Assembly: GCA_963719225.1 (NCBI GenBank) | Contig: CAVRAY010000001.1 | Location: 640,001-704,000 of the forward strand | Source: Thermoanaerobaculia bacterium | Lineage (GTDB): Bacteria; Acidobacteriota; Thermoanaerobaculia; UBA5066 | Reading direction: 5' to 3' | DNA length: 64,000 bases | Shown here: piece after piece, positions 1-9,694 of the stretch | Layout of the letters: each line of letters opens with the position of its first letter | How positions within the stretch are numbered: position 1 is the first letter of the stretch | Notes under the pieces: model-generated | Seen by the model: the letters and a program-made list of their open reading frames with translations, nothing else | Told to the model about the DNA's origin: nothing | Database searches by the model: none | Made by a program: the position numbers and the translations under genes

Positions 1-1
1 G

Positions 2-2794
2 GATGCCGCCCTCCGCTACCTCGTCGAGGTGCAGGGCGACCGCGTCGGACGCTCGTCGCTTCATTTCGAGGTCCCGGAGAAATGGCGTCGCGACTACGAG
101 ACCCTCCGCTCGAAGAACCTCGCGGCGGGTACGGTGGCCACGCTCGGGCTCCTCCTCACGGCGCTCGCCGTCCTCGTCGTCTTCCTCGAGAGGGTTCGCC
201 GGAAGGACGTCAAGTGGAAGTGGGCGCTCGCCTTCGCGGGCACGGGCGCCGTCCTGCAGCTCTTCGCGTCGCTCAACGAGATGCCGATCCGCCTCTTCGA
301 TTACGACACCGCGGACGCCTGGGCGGGTTTCGTGGCGAAATCGGTGGCGGGCGACGTGGGCGGCGCGATCGCCCTCGGCGTCGTCCTCCTGCTCCTCGTG
401 GCCGCGGGGGAGCCTCTCTACCGCGAACGCTATCCCGACAAGCCCGCGCTCGGCCGCCTCCTGTCCCTGCGCGGCATCTCCTCGAAGCGGTTCTTCCGCG
501 GCCTACTCCTCGGTTACGCGATGACGGCGTTCTTCTTCGCGTACCAGATCGTCTTTTACCTCGTCGCCGCGCGCTTCGGCGCGTGGGCTCCCGCGGACGT
601 CCCGTACTCGAACCTCCTCGGCACGTGGTTCCCCTGGGCCGGCGTCCTCCTGATGGGGTTCCTGCCCGCGACGACCGAGGAGTTCTCGTCGCGCATGTTC
701 TCGATCCCCTTCGCGGAACGGTTCCTGCCGCGGTGGGGGGCCGTCGTGGTGCCGGCGCTCATCTGGGGCTTCGCGCACAGCACGTATCCGAACCAACCCT
801 TCTACATCCGGGGGCTCGAGGTGGGCTTCGCGGGGATCCTCATCGGCGCCGTGATGCTGAAGGCGGACATCTTTCCGCTCCTCGTCTGGCACTTCACCGT
901 GGACGCCGTCTACACGGCGCTCCTTCTCCTGCGGTCGTCGAACCCCTACTTCGTCGTCTCGGGGGCCGCCGCGTCTCTCATCCTGCTGCTTCCGCTCGCC
1001 GTCTCGCTCCTTCTCTATTTCCGGCGCGGCGGCTTCACGCCCGAGGACGACCTCTCGAACGCCGCGACGGGATCGGCGCCCGCGCCGCCCCGCGTCGAGG
1101 AAAGTGTCCCGTCCGCCTGCGCGCCGCCGCGCGCGATCTCGCCCGGACGCGCCGTCGCCGCTCTCTTGCTCGCGTTCGCGGCCTTCGGGGCGGCACGTTT
1201 CTTCCTGCCCCCGCCGGGGCCATGGGAAGGGGTACGCGCGACCGTGGACAGGACGCGTGCGAAGGCGGCGGCGGACGCCTACCTGAAGGCGGCGGGGGAC
1301 GATCCGGCCGGCTACCTTTCGGTCGCGACGACGGCGACCGCCCTTCCCGCTCTCGAGGACCCCGCGGAGACGGGACAGGACCTCCTCCCGTATGGCGAAT
1401 CCGCCCAAGCCGAGCGCTGGCTTCTCGAGCGGGGCGGAATGCCGCTCCTCGTGCGATGGGCGCGCGAGATCCTTCCCGGGCCGGTCTGGAACGTGCGATA
1501 CGTGCGCGCCCTCGACGAGCACGGGGCGACCGTCGCCGTGGATGCGCGGAGCGGCCGGATCGTGGGTTTTCGCCGGACGTTCCCCGAAGCGGAAGCGGGC
1601 GGGAGCCCCGACGAGGGCGTCGCGCGCGCGAAAGCGGCTTCCGTCTTCACGTCGTTCGGCCTGGACCCCCTCGGCTGGGACGTCGTCTCGTCGAAGAGCG
1701 AGGCGCGCAAGGCGCGGAAGGACACGCACGTCGTCTCCGAGTCGAAGCTGGAGAGGGCCGGCGAGGCCACCCGGCGCGTCGTGACGGGCCTCGCAGGCGA
1801 CGTGCCCTCGCTCTATGCGACGGCCTTGAAGCTGCCGGAGGAATGGGTGCGCGCGCGCGAGAAATCCACGACCGCGACCTACGTCGCGATCTGCTGGAAG
1901 ATCCTCGCGTGGGGGACTCTCGTCGGCCTCCTCGTCGTGGAGCTCGTGCGCCTCGCGCGCGCCGGGACGATCCCCTGGCGCCGCTCGCTTCGGCTCGGGG
2001 CTCTTCTGGCCCTGCCGGCGGTCCTCGCGCGCCTCGTCGCTCTTCCGCTCGTCCTCGCGCGGTACGACTCGCAGTTCTCGATGGGCGTCTTCGCCGTCGT
2101 GGCGGGCGTGGGCCTTCTCGTCGCGGTCCTGATCTCGTTGGGAGGGGCGCTCCTCGCCGTCGCCCTCGTCCTGTCCGTGAAGGGAGACGCGGTCGCGGCT
2201 TTCCGCCGGGCCGGGGCCGACGGCCCGCGGGCTCTCGCGGCCGGCGCCGGCGCCGCCGTGTTGATTCTTTCCATCCGCGCGCTCGCGCGCGGAGTCGAGG
2301 CCGCGTTTCCGCTCGAGGCGGGCGTCGCGGGTTTTCCGTTTCCGACGGGAGTCGAGACGATTCTCCCCGCCGCGGTCGCGATCGGCGCCCTCGTTCTCCG
2401 CATGCTGCTTTTCGCGGGCGGCGCCGCATTCCTCGCGCTTCTTCTCCGCGATGCCCTCGTGAAGCCGGTCTTTCGCGTGGCGTTCTTCGTCCTCGCGATC
2501 GGTCTCTTCGCGCCGTTCGGCGCCCGCTCTTTCGGCGAGCTCCTCGTGCCGGTTTTCGCCGGCGCGCTGACCGGCCTCGCCTTCCTCGCGGCGATCGCGA
2601 TCTTCCTGAGAGACGACCCGCGCGCGTACGTCTTCTCGGCCGCGTTCCTCGGAGCGGCGGGGGCCGGCGCCGACCTCGTCTCGAGCGGCATCGCGCCGTG
2701 GGTCTGGAACGGCGTCGCCGTTCTCGCCTTCGTCGCGCTCCTCGTCGTCCGCTTCGGCCTCGACCGGCCGGGGCAAGCGCCTCTTCCCGCCTAA
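2..2794 (+). CDS. Large polytopic membrane protein with CPBP (Abi/CAAX) intramembrane metalloprotease domain; 5'-truncated by window edge
   Basis: Frame open from nt 2; many TM segments; CPBP motifs TEEFSSR, WGFAH, HFTVD. Confidence 0.85.
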   Translation, partial: DAALRYLVEVQGDRVGRSSLHFEVPEKWRRDYETLRSKNLAAGTVATLGLLLTALAVLVVFLERVRRKDVKWKWALAFAGTGAVLQLFASLNEMPIRLFDYDTADAWAGFVAKSVAGDVGGAIALGVVLLLLVAAGEPLYRERYPDKPALGRLLSLRGISSKRFFRGLLLGYAMTAFFFAYQIVFYLVAARFGAWAPADVPYSNLLGTWFPWAGVLLMGFLPATTEEFSSRMFSIPFAERFLPRWGAVVVPALIWGFAHSTYPNQPFYIRGLEVGFAGILIGAVMLKADIFPLLVWHFTVDAVYTALLLLRSSNPYFVVSGAAASLILLLPLAVSLLLYFRRGGFTPEDDLSNAATGSAPAPPRVEESVPSACAPPRAISPGRAVAALLLAFAAFGAARFFLPPPGPWEGVRATVDRTRAKAAADAYLKAAGDDPAGYLSVATTATALPALEDPAETGQDLLPYGESAQAERWLLERGGMPLLVRWAREILPGPVWNVRYVRALDEHGATVAVDARSGRIVGFRRTFPEAEAGGSPDEGVARAKAASVFTSFGLDPLGWDVVSSKSEARKARKDTHVVSESKLERAGEATRRVVTGLAGDVPSLYATALKLPEEWVRAREKSTTATYVAICWKILAWGTLVGLLVVELVRLARAGTIPWRRSLRLGALLALPAVLARLVALPLVLARYDSQFSMGVFAVVAGVGLLVAVLISLGGALLAVALVLSVKGDAVAAFRRAGADGPRALAAGAGAAVLILSIRALARGVEAAFPLEAGVAGFPFPTGVETILPAAVAIGALVLRMLLFAGGAAFLALLLRDALVKPVFRVAFFVLAIGLFAPFGARSFGELLVPVFAGALTGLAFLAAIAIFLRDDPRAYVFSAAFLGAAGAGADLVSSGIAPWVWNGVAVLAFVALLVVRFGLDRPGQAPLPA

Positions 2795-2795
2795 C

Positions 2796-4463
2796 ATGGT
2801 GAGATTCCTCTCTGCCGCTCTGCTCATCTCCGCTCCGGCGGCCCTCGTCGCCATGAGCGCTGACGGTGCCACCCAGTCCGTCAACCCGGGAAGCGCGTGG
2901 TGCGGCGTCGTCAACGCCGCCGCTCCGGGCGACACGATCGTCTTCGCGGCCGGGATCTATACCGGGACGTGCTCGATCACGGCTTCGGGTTCTCTGGCGG
3001 CTCCGATCACGTTGCGCTCGCAAACCGCCTCTGCCGCCGATCGCGCGGTCCTGGCCTATCCCGGCACGAGCAGCAACATCGTCGACGTCTACGGCTCCTA
3101 CCTCGTGTTCCGCTGGCTGACCTTCGGCCCGACGGCGCCCGGCGGCGGCGTGAATCCTCTCAAGCTGCGGAGCAGCGTCCAGGGAATCGTCGTCGATCAG
3201 AACGTCTTCCAGGGCACCGACATCGCCGTCGCTGCGAACTCCAGCGGCAGTACCTATCGGAGCATCTCGATCACGAACAACGTCCTGACGAACATGCAGT
3301 CGACCGGCCTCTATTTCGGCTGTCACGACGGCACGTCCTGCCACGCCCTCGACATCCTCATCCAGGGAAACCTCATCGACACGGTGCAGCCGGGCGACGG
3401 CGTGGGCTACGGACTGGAGATCAAGCTGAACTCCTGGGCCACGATCCTCGAGAACACGGTCTACGACCCGCAGGGTCCGGGCATCGATGTCTACGGCTCG
3501 AATCGGGGCGATCCTCCGAGCGTCGTCGAGCGCAACTACGTCGAAGGGTCACGGAGCGACGCCGGCATCAACGTGGGCGGGGGCCCCGCGATCGTGCGCA
3601 ACAACATCGTCGTGGGCAACGCGTACCACGGGATCTGGGCCCAGGATTACGGCGGTCGCGGTCTTCAGCAGAACGTCTGGATCGTCGAGAACACGGCACT
3701 CGCGAACCAGACCGGGGGAATCAAAGTCAGCAACTGGCAGGCGGGCGCGGGCAACGTCCTCGCGTTCAACGCCGTCGCGCCTCTCCTCGGCACGCCGGCG
3801 CTGGCGCCGGCCTCGCCGGTCGCCGACACGCTGCTGGGAAACGTGGCCTGCGTCCCGGCGGCGAGCTGTTTCGTGCAGCCCGTCTCGGCGCCCTACGATC
3901 TCTGGCCTCTCTCGGGCGGCCCGCTGATCGGAGCGGCCGCGAGCGGTTTGCAGCCCTGGCGCGTCGGCAACGACTTCATGTGCGCGCCGCGGGGAATCGC
4001 GGCGGATACGGGAGCGATGCAAAGAACCTCTGCCGGCAATGGGCCCCCGCTCGGTGGCGGCGGCGCCCGGCCCGCGTGCGGCTCGGGCGGCACGCTCCTC
4101 CACACCCTGACTCCGTGCCGCGCCGTGGATACGCGCAACGCACCTGGCGCGTGGGGCGGTCCTGCGCTCCTCGCGGGCGCGCAGCGCAGCTTCGTCCTCG
4201 CGGGCCGGTGCGGGATCCCGCCGACCGCACGCGCCGTCACGGCGAACGTGACGGTGACGACGCCGGCCGCTGCCGGCGTCCTGAGTCTGCGCCCGGGAGG
4301 CACGGCTCCGGTTCTGGCCTCGACGATCAATTACGGGCCCGGCCAGACCCGCGCGAACAACGCGGTGCTTCTGCTGGGCGCGGCGGGTGACGTGGTGGTG
4401 GCCTGCGGCCAGGCCTCCGGCACGACGCAGTTCGTCATGGACGTTACCGGCTACTTCCAGTAG
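2796..4463 (+). CDS. Secreted right-handed beta-helix (pectin-lyase-like) protein with C-terminal PCRxxDTR...DVTGYF domain
   Basis: Signal peptide; 'AAPGDTIVFAAGIY' start and Asn-ladder repeats (ITNNVL, IQGNLI, ILENTV, VRNNIV); C-terminal TLTPCRAVDTR..GRCGIP..NVTV..DVTGYFQ. Confidence 0.8.
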   Translation: MVRFLSAALLISAPAALVAMSADGATQSVNPGSAWCGVVNAAAPGDTIVFAAGIYTGTCSITASGSLAAPITLRSQTASAADRAVLAYPGTSSNIVDVYGSYLVFRWLTFGPTAPGGGVNPLKLRSSVQGIVVDQNVFQGTDIAVAANSSGSTYRSISITNNVLTNMQSTGLYFGCHDGTSCHALDILIQGNLIDTVQPGDGVGYGLEIKLNSWATILENTVYDPQGPGIDVYGSNRGDPPSVVERNYVEGSRSDAGINVGGGPAIVRNNIVVGNAYHGIWAQDYGGRGLQQNVWIVENTALANQTGGIKVSNWQAGAGNVLAFNAVAPLLGTPALAPASPVADTLLGNVACVPAASCFVQPVSAPYDLWPLSGGPLIGAAASGLQPWRVGNDFMCAPRGIAADTGAMQRTSAGNGPPLGGGGARPACGSGGTLLHTLTPCRAVDTRNAPGAWGGPALLAGAQRSFVLAGRCGIPPTARAVTANVTVTTPAAAGVLSLRPGGTAPVLASTINYGPGQTRANNAVLLLGAAGDVVVACGQASGTTQFVMDVTGYFQ

Positions 4464-4486
4464 CTCACGGCGCAGACGGGACGCCT

Positions 4487-5350
4487 CTAGCGCCCTCCTG
4501 CCTTCCGCCATTCCCATTCGGCGAGGCGCTCGCGGGTGCCGAGGCCGATGGCGCGGTGCAGGTCGACGAGGAGCCGGGAGGCCTCGGGGTCGCGGAAGGG
4601 AGGCGGGCCGAGGCGCGTGAGGACCGCCTCGGGGTGCTCCGGAGGCGCGAACGAAGAGCGCAGCGCGGCGACGGGCTCGCCGGGACGGTAGTACAGCTCG
4701 GGCCTCTCCAGGATGTGCCGCGCCAGCGGCTCGGGCGGCTCGGCCGCCTCGCCCGATTTAGAGGCGTCCGCCTCGCGGGCTTCGGCCTTTCGATCGGGGC
4801 GCGTCCGCGCGCGTTGCAGGCCCTGGAGAAGCTCCTCGCGCGGGACGCCGCGAAGGAGGAAGACGAGGAACGGGTCGTCCTGGAGGCGGTCGCCGAGCAG
4901 CACGGCGAGGGCGCCGGCGTGCGCGCACGGCTGCTCGGACTCGGCGCACGAGCATCTCGTGACGACGTCGCCGGCCTCCAGCGGAAGGAGCGAGCGGCCC
5001 GTTTCGCTGAACGCGCTCTCCACGTCCTCCGGTAGGCGGCCGGCGAGAAGGTCGGCCGCGTACCGGGCGCGCGCCGCCATCGCCTTGAGGACACGGCGCT
5101 TGACGACCGACTCGAGCGGCCGGAGCGATAGCGACGTCTCCTCCATCTCGCCGCCTGCGCCCCGGACGTCCGAACGGGCCCCGGAACGCGCGATCTCGAG
5201 CGACGTGACCGCGCCCGAGGCCGCGACCGCGCGCCCTTCCGTGAGTGCGTCCTCCCAGCCGAGCGAAGCGAGCCGCGCGAGGAAGCGATAGGCCCATCCG
5301 CTCTCGGGAGGCGTCGCGCGCGGAAGGAGAGCCTTCTTGCGGCGCGGCAT
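4487..5350 (-). CDS. SWIM zinc-finger protein (SNF2-associated)
   Basis: CSC-x6-CAH SWIM motif and DPFLVFLLRG; ATG at 5350 overlaps SNF2 stop (TGATG). Confidence 0.85.
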   Translation of the reverse strand: MPRRKKALLPRATPPESGWAYRFLARLASLGWEDALTEGRAVAASGAVTSLEIARSGARSDVRGAGGEMEETSLSLRPLESVVKRRVLKAMAARARYAADLLAGRLPEDVESAFSETGRSLLPLEAGDVVTRCSCAESEQPCAHAGALAVLLGDRLQDDPFLVFLLRGVPREELLQGLQRARTRPDRKAEAREADASKSGEAAEPPEPLARHILERPELYYRPGEPVAALRSSFAPPEHPEAVLTRLGPPPFRDPEASRLLVDLHRAIGLGTRERLAEWEWRKAGGR

Positions 5351-8300
5351 CAGTGGCCTCCGTCCGTCTCGATCGCGCTCGTGTCGAGAGCCACGAGCTC
5401 CGTGAGCTGCTCGTCCGAGAGCGTCGCGATCCACTGCTCGCCGGCGCCCACGATCGAACGGGCCAGCGCTTTCTTCTCCTCGATCATCCGGTCGATGCGC
5501 TCCTCGAGCGTGCCCTTGCAGACGAACTTGTGGACCTGGACGTGCTCGGTCTGACCGATGCGGAAGGCGCGGTCGGTCGCCTGCTCCTCGACGGCGGGAT
5601 TCCACCAGCGGTCCACGTGGAAGACGTGCGACGCGCGGGTCAGGTTCAGGCCGGTGCCCCCCGCGCGCAGCGAAAGCACGAAGAACGGAGGCGGGTCCTC
5701 ATCCTCCTGAAAGCGGCGGACCATCTCCGTGCGCGTGTGGCGCGGAACCGCGCCGTGCAGGAAGAGCACTTCGCAGCCGAAGCGCTCCTTCAGCTCGGCG
5801 ACGAGGAGATGACCCATCTCGGCGAACTGCGTGAAGAGCAGGGCGGGGCTCTTCTCGGCGAGCGTCTCTTCGCACATCTCGAGGAGGCGGGAGATCTTCG
5901 CCGAGCGGCCGTTGCGCCGGGCGTCCCCGAGAAAGAGAGCCGGGTGATCGCAGATCTGCTTGAGGCGGAGGAGAAGGAGCAGGATCTTCGCCTTGCGGCT
6001 GCGTCGGTTCGCCCGCCCGATGCCGGAAAGAAGGGATCGGGTCGTCGCGCGATAGAGCGCGGCCTGCTCGCGCGTGAGGCCGACGAGCTCCTTGGTCTCG
6101 ATCTTCTCGGGGAGGTCGGGGACGACGCCGGGGTCGGTCTTGGCGCGGCGCAGAAGGAACGGGCCCGTCACGTGGCGCAGGCGCGCGGAAGCGGCCGGGT
6201 CGTTGTGCCGCTCGATCGGGATCGCGAAGCTGCGCCGGAACGCGTCGTCCGTGCCGAGGAGGCCGGGATTGAGGAAGTCGAAGATGGACTTCAGCTCGGC
6301 GAGTCGGTTCTCGACGGGCGTGCCGGTGAGGGCCGCTCGCCGATGCGCGCGGAGGGAACGCGCGGCGCGCGACTGCGCGGCCGCCGGGTTCTTGACGTTC
6401 TGCGCCTCGTCGAGCGCGAGGTATTCCCACGTAACGCCCGAAAGGAGTGCGCGGTCCCGATGCACGAGGGCGTACGTCGTGACGAGGAGGTCCACCTCTT
6501 TGAGGAGCCGCGAGAACGCCTCGCCGCTCGCGCGCCCCGCGCCGTGGTGCACGAGGACGCGAAGCTGGGGGGCGAACCGCTCGGCCTCACGGACCCAGTT
6601 CTCGGCGACGGACGTCGGGCACACGAGAAGGGACGGACCAATGCGCTCTCCGGCGTCGCGCGCGGCGAGGAGAGCGGCGAGGAACTGGATCGTCTTGCCG
6701 AGCCCCATGTCGTCGGCGAGGCAGGCGCCGAGGCCGCGCGAGAGCAGGAAGCGCAGCCATCCGACGCCGCGCATCTGGTAGGGGCGCAGGATGCCCGTCA
6801 GGCCGCGCGGCGCGGTGAAGCCCGCGATCTCGCGCCGGGCGGTCTCGGGATCGAGGAGACGCCCGACCCATCCTTCGCCTCCCACGGCGTCGACGAGGAC
6901 GTCGTCGCGCTCGCCGTCGAGCCCTCCCGCGAGCCGCAGCAGCTCGCCGAGCGTCGTGCGGCCCCCGGGCCTGCGGTCGAGGAGGCGCCGCGCCTTCTCG
7001 AGGTTCTCCTTGTCGAGGAGAACCCACTCCCCCCGGATCTCGACGAGCGGGATCTGCCGGGCGGCCAGCTCCTCGAACTCGTGAGGAGAGAGGAGCGCGT
7101 CGCCCACGGCCACGCGCCAGTCGAAGTCGACGAGGGCATCGAGGCCGAAGCGCACCACGGACGAGTCGGCTTCGCCCGTTCCCGGAGCTCGCGCGACGAG
7201 CTTGAGCGCGACGCGCGCGAGGCTGCCGCCGCCGGGCAGGCGAACGGCGATGCCGGCCTCGCCGAGCAGCGGGGCCTCGTCGGACAGGAAGCGCCACGCT
7301 TCGTCCGGGGACAGGACGACGCCCGTAGGGTGCCTCTCCTCGAGGCTGCGCGCGACGGGGCGCGAGAGCGCCGCCGCCGTTCCGAGACGCGCGAGGAGGG
7401 TGTCCTGCGGGTTCGTGAACAGGCGCCCGCGCCGTCGCACCGATCCTTCGGTCGTGGCCCAGATCTCCTCCGCCGAGAGGGAGACTTCCGGGCTGTCCCC
7501 GGACTCGAGGACGTACGCGAGCGAGAACGGACCGCCGACTTCGGACGGCGGCACGACACGGATGCCGAGGCGGAGCAGGCTCTCGGGAAGGGGATCCAGG
7601 AGCGGAAGGCTCCACTCGCTGAGGCGCGAAAGGACGGCCGGCTCGAGCGCGCGGGCCGGAGGAGCCGCGAGGGCGGCGATGACTTCCGCCTCCATTGTGT
7701 CGCCCGCGCGGCGCCGCTCGGCCGGAAGGACGTCCCTGAGCACGTCGCGCGCTGCCGCGTCGACGGCCTGGTCGAGAAACGCGAGGAGGAGGCCGCGCGC
7801 CGGCGGAAGCGCGCTGTCGGCTCCGAGGCGCGCGCCCGGCGGCAGGATCGCGCGCGAGACCGGAGGCATCGCCTCGGCCAGACGCCGGAGACGTTCCCTT
7901 TCGTGCGGATCGTCGAGGACAGGCCGCCAGACGGGATGAGTGCCGTTCGCTCCCGGCGCGATGCGCCTGCGAAGCAGGAGGTCGAACGCCCACCGCGCTC
8001 CTTCCGCCCAGTAGTCGAGATCGTCGCCTGCCGACACGGAGAAAGGGCGCGCGCGGAGCGCCGCGGGGAGCGCGAGGAGGGTTTCGAGTGCGGCCGCCAT
8101 CGGCAGGACGAAAGCAGGCACTTCGTAGATCCGGAGCGCCGCGGAAAAGGGCGCCGCATAGTCGGCGGGCTCCCGGAGAGCCGGCGCAGACGGAACGGGG
8201 CGCCCGTGAACCGCCGGGACGGCGAGCAGGAGCGTGACGGTCTCTGTGCGCGGCGAGAGACACGTCGCAAGGCTCTCGGCGCTCAGCGCCTCCAGGATCT

Positions 8301-8421
8301 CGCCCGGCTCGAGCGCGCGCGGGTGTCGATCGCGCCCGTCGTGCGGAACGAAAAGTCCCTCCGCCCAGAAGGCGAATCCGGACGGGCGCGGAGCACCGTG
8401 CAGGACGATCAAGCCCTCCAT
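5350..8421 (-). CDS. SNF2-family (SWI2/SNF2) DEAD/DEAH helicase/translocase
   Basis: Motifs LADDMGLGKT, DEAQ, TGTPVEN, GLNLTRA, WWNPAVEEQATDRAFRIGQ. Confidence 0.95.
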   Translation of the reverse strand: MEGLIVLHGAPRPSGFAFWAEGLFVPHDGRDRHPRALEPGEILEALSAESLATCLSPRTETVTLLLAVPAVHGRPVPSAPALREPADYAAPFSAALRIYEVPAFVLPMAAALETLLALPAALRARPFSVSAGDDLDYWAEGARWAFDLLLRRRIAPGANGTHPVWRPVLDDPHERERLRRLAEAMPPVSRAILPPGARLGADSALPPARGLLLAFLDQAVDAAARDVLRDVLPAERRRAGDTMEAEVIAALAAPPARALEPAVLSRLSEWSLPLLDPLPESLLRLGIRVVPPSEVGGPFSLAYVLESGDSPEVSLSAEEIWATTEGSVRRRGRLFTNPQDTLLARLGTAAALSRPVARSLEERHPTGVVLSPDEAWRFLSDEAPLLGEAGIAVRLPGGGSLARVALKLVARAPGTGEADSSVVRFGLDALVDFDWRVAVGDALLSPHEFEELAARQIPLVEIRGEWVLLDKENLEKARRLLDRRPGGRTTLGELLRLAGGLDGERDDVLVDAVGGEGWVGRLLDPETARREIAGFTAPRGLTGILRPYQMRGVGWLRFLLSRGLGACLADDMGLGKTIQFLAALLAARDAGERIGPSLLVCPTSVAENWVREAERFAPQLRVLVHHGAGRASGEAFSRLLKEVDLLVTTYALVHRDRALLSGVTWEYLALDEAQNVKNPAAAQSRAARSLRAHRRAALTGTPVENRLAELKSIFDFLNPGLLGTDDAFRRSFAIPIERHNDPAASARLRHVTGPFLLRRAKTDPGVVPDLPEKIETKELVGLTREQAALYRATTRSLLSGIGRANRRSRKAKILLLLLRLKQICDHPALFLGDARRNGRSAKISRLLEMCEETLAEKSPALLFTQFAEMGHLLVAELKERFGCEVLFLHGAVPRHTRTEMVRRFQEDEDPPPFFVLSLRAGGTGLNLTRASHVFHVDRWWNPAVEEQATDRAFRIGQTEHVQVHKFVCKGTLEERIDRMIEEKKALARSIVGAGEQWIATLSDEQLTELVALDTSAIETDGGH

Positions 8422-8443
8422 TGTCGGTTATCCTCGCCCCCGG

Positions 8444-8965
8444 ATGAAAGCCCCGAAAACCCACGAGCTTTTTCGCCGGATGTCGAGCGCCGAAGTGGCC
8501 TCCGTCGTCGCGGCGGCGTGCGAGGACGACGAGCTGCCCGAGAAGATCGCGGGCGGCGTGATCACGTATCAGCAAATCCCCCTCAAGCGGTTTTCGAAGC
8601 TGCCCGAGGAGACGCGACTCGCCTACGTCAGGCGAACCCTGCGCGACAGGCGCGCGTCCGACCTCGGTCTCTACGTCCTCTCCGCGGCGCTCACGCGCCG
8701 GCAAGCGGCGCTCATCGCGTCTTTCCTCGAGGCGCTGAAGCTGCCGCACGAGGGACCCAGCCTCACGAACGAGGGCGCGATCCCGGCTCCGCCCGCGAAG
8801 GTCCTTCGCCGCGCGGTCGACGCGCTCCTCGGCGCCCACGAAGCGCGCGACGTGGCGCTCTATCTTCACGCCTTCGCGGCGCAGGAGGACGTCGACTGGC
8901 CCGCCCTCGAAACGCTCCTCGAATCGGACGCGCGCCTCGCGTTCGAGGACCGCTCGGCGAGCTAG
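8444..8965 (+). CDS. Hypothetical protein (173 aa)
   Basis: GC3-biased ORF with protein-like composition; ATG 8444 preceded by TATCCT -10-like hexamer. Confidence 0.7.
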   Translation: MKAPKTHELFRRMSSAEVASVVAAACEDDELPEKIAGGVITYQQIPLKRFSKLPEETRLAYVRRTLRDRRASDLGLYVLSAALTRRQAALIASFLEALKLPHEGPSLTNEGAIPAPPAKVLRRAVDALLGAHEARDVALYLHAFAAQEDVDWPALETLLESDARLAFEDRSAS

Positions 8966-9014
8966 GGGACGGCGCCTCTCGCAATCCGGTAGACGAGATC
9001 TTCCCGGCCGCGTG

Positions 9015-9208
9015 GGCCGGGAACGTCCAGCCGATCTCGATTTCGCTCCCGTCCGGATCGGATCCGTGGAATCGCGACGACCCGATGACCCGGCCGTCCC
9101 TGGATCGGGCGCGATCAAGGCTCCGCCGGATTCCAGAGCCCCGCGGAAGACCTCCCTGAAGACCTCCCTGAAGACGTCTTCCTGGTAGCGGTCGCTCGCC
9201 GGATGCTG
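9015..9208 (-). pseudogene. Remnant of RimJ/RimL-like GNAT acetyltransferase
   Basis: Translates QHPASDRYQEDVFREVFREVFRGALESGGALIAPDPGT, then after a frameshift near 9095 GRVIGSSRFHGSDPDGSEIEIGWTF; lacks N- and C-termini; 12-bp duplication. Confidence 0.65.
9146..9175. repeat. 12-bp tandem duplication GAAGACCTCCCT x2.5
   Basis: Read directly from sequence; lies inside the GNAT remnant. Confidence 0.9.
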
Positions 9209-9215
9209 TCGTCCA

Positions 9216-9587
9216 TCAGGTGTGGGTAATCATGAGGACGTAGCCGTCCGGATCCACCAGTCGGAACTCGCCCTTCGGCGCATAGAAGGGATACGCCATG
9301 GGCCCGGGGTCGAGGCCCGTCTCGGAGAGCGCCGTCCTCGTTGCCGGGACGTCGTCGTAATAGACGTAGAAGAGGACGGCCTGTTGAGAAGGAACGACGG
9401 GTTCAGTCGCCCGCGCCAGCATGAGCTGCGCGCGATCGGATTCGAGCCACGCCCACGTGGGTGCCGACGTGCCCGGCGGGACGAAGGTGTTGCCGACGGT
9501 GAATCCAATGCGCTCGTAGAACTTGATGGAGAGCTCGACGTCCTTCACGAAAGCCATGGGAACGAGAGCCCGAGGTGAGAGCGACAC
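9216..9587 (-). CDS. VOC/glyoxalase (bleomycin resistance) family protein
   Basis: VKDVELSIKFYERIGF and EFRLVDPDGYVL motifs; GGAGG RBS before GTG. Confidence 0.9.
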   Translation of the reverse strand: MSLSPRALVPMAFVKDVELSIKFYERIGFTVGNTFVPPGTSAPTWAWLESDRAQLMLARATEPVVPSQQAVLFYVYYDDVPATRTALSETGLDPGPMAYPFYAPKGEFRLVDPDGYVLMITHT

Positions 9588-9694
9588 GAGAACCTCCCGA
9601 AATGAGGATAGCTCTCGATCGCGGCGGGCGGGGCGTCGGGATAGAGCTCGTCGTAGACGTCCGCAATCTCGTCGCCGTACGTGGCGGGATTCAT
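9545..9694 (-). pseudogene. Truncated N-terminus of class I SAM-dependent methyltransferase
   Basis: MNPATYGDEIADVYDELY resembles methyltransferase N-termini; ATGA-coupled to rsmI stop; degenerates after ~25 aa. Confidence 0.5.

Noticed and set aside
5245-9159. 1304-aa plus-strand ORF and many other long Arg/Ala/Pro-rich ORFs in the six-frame track
   Set aside because: Antisense or off-frame shadows of real genes; stop codons are scarce in high-GC DNA and these ORFs have no domain motifs
9146-9175. Short direct repeats as a possible mini-CRISPR or att site
   Set aside because: Contiguous 12-bp in-frame duplication with no spacers, cas genes or integrase
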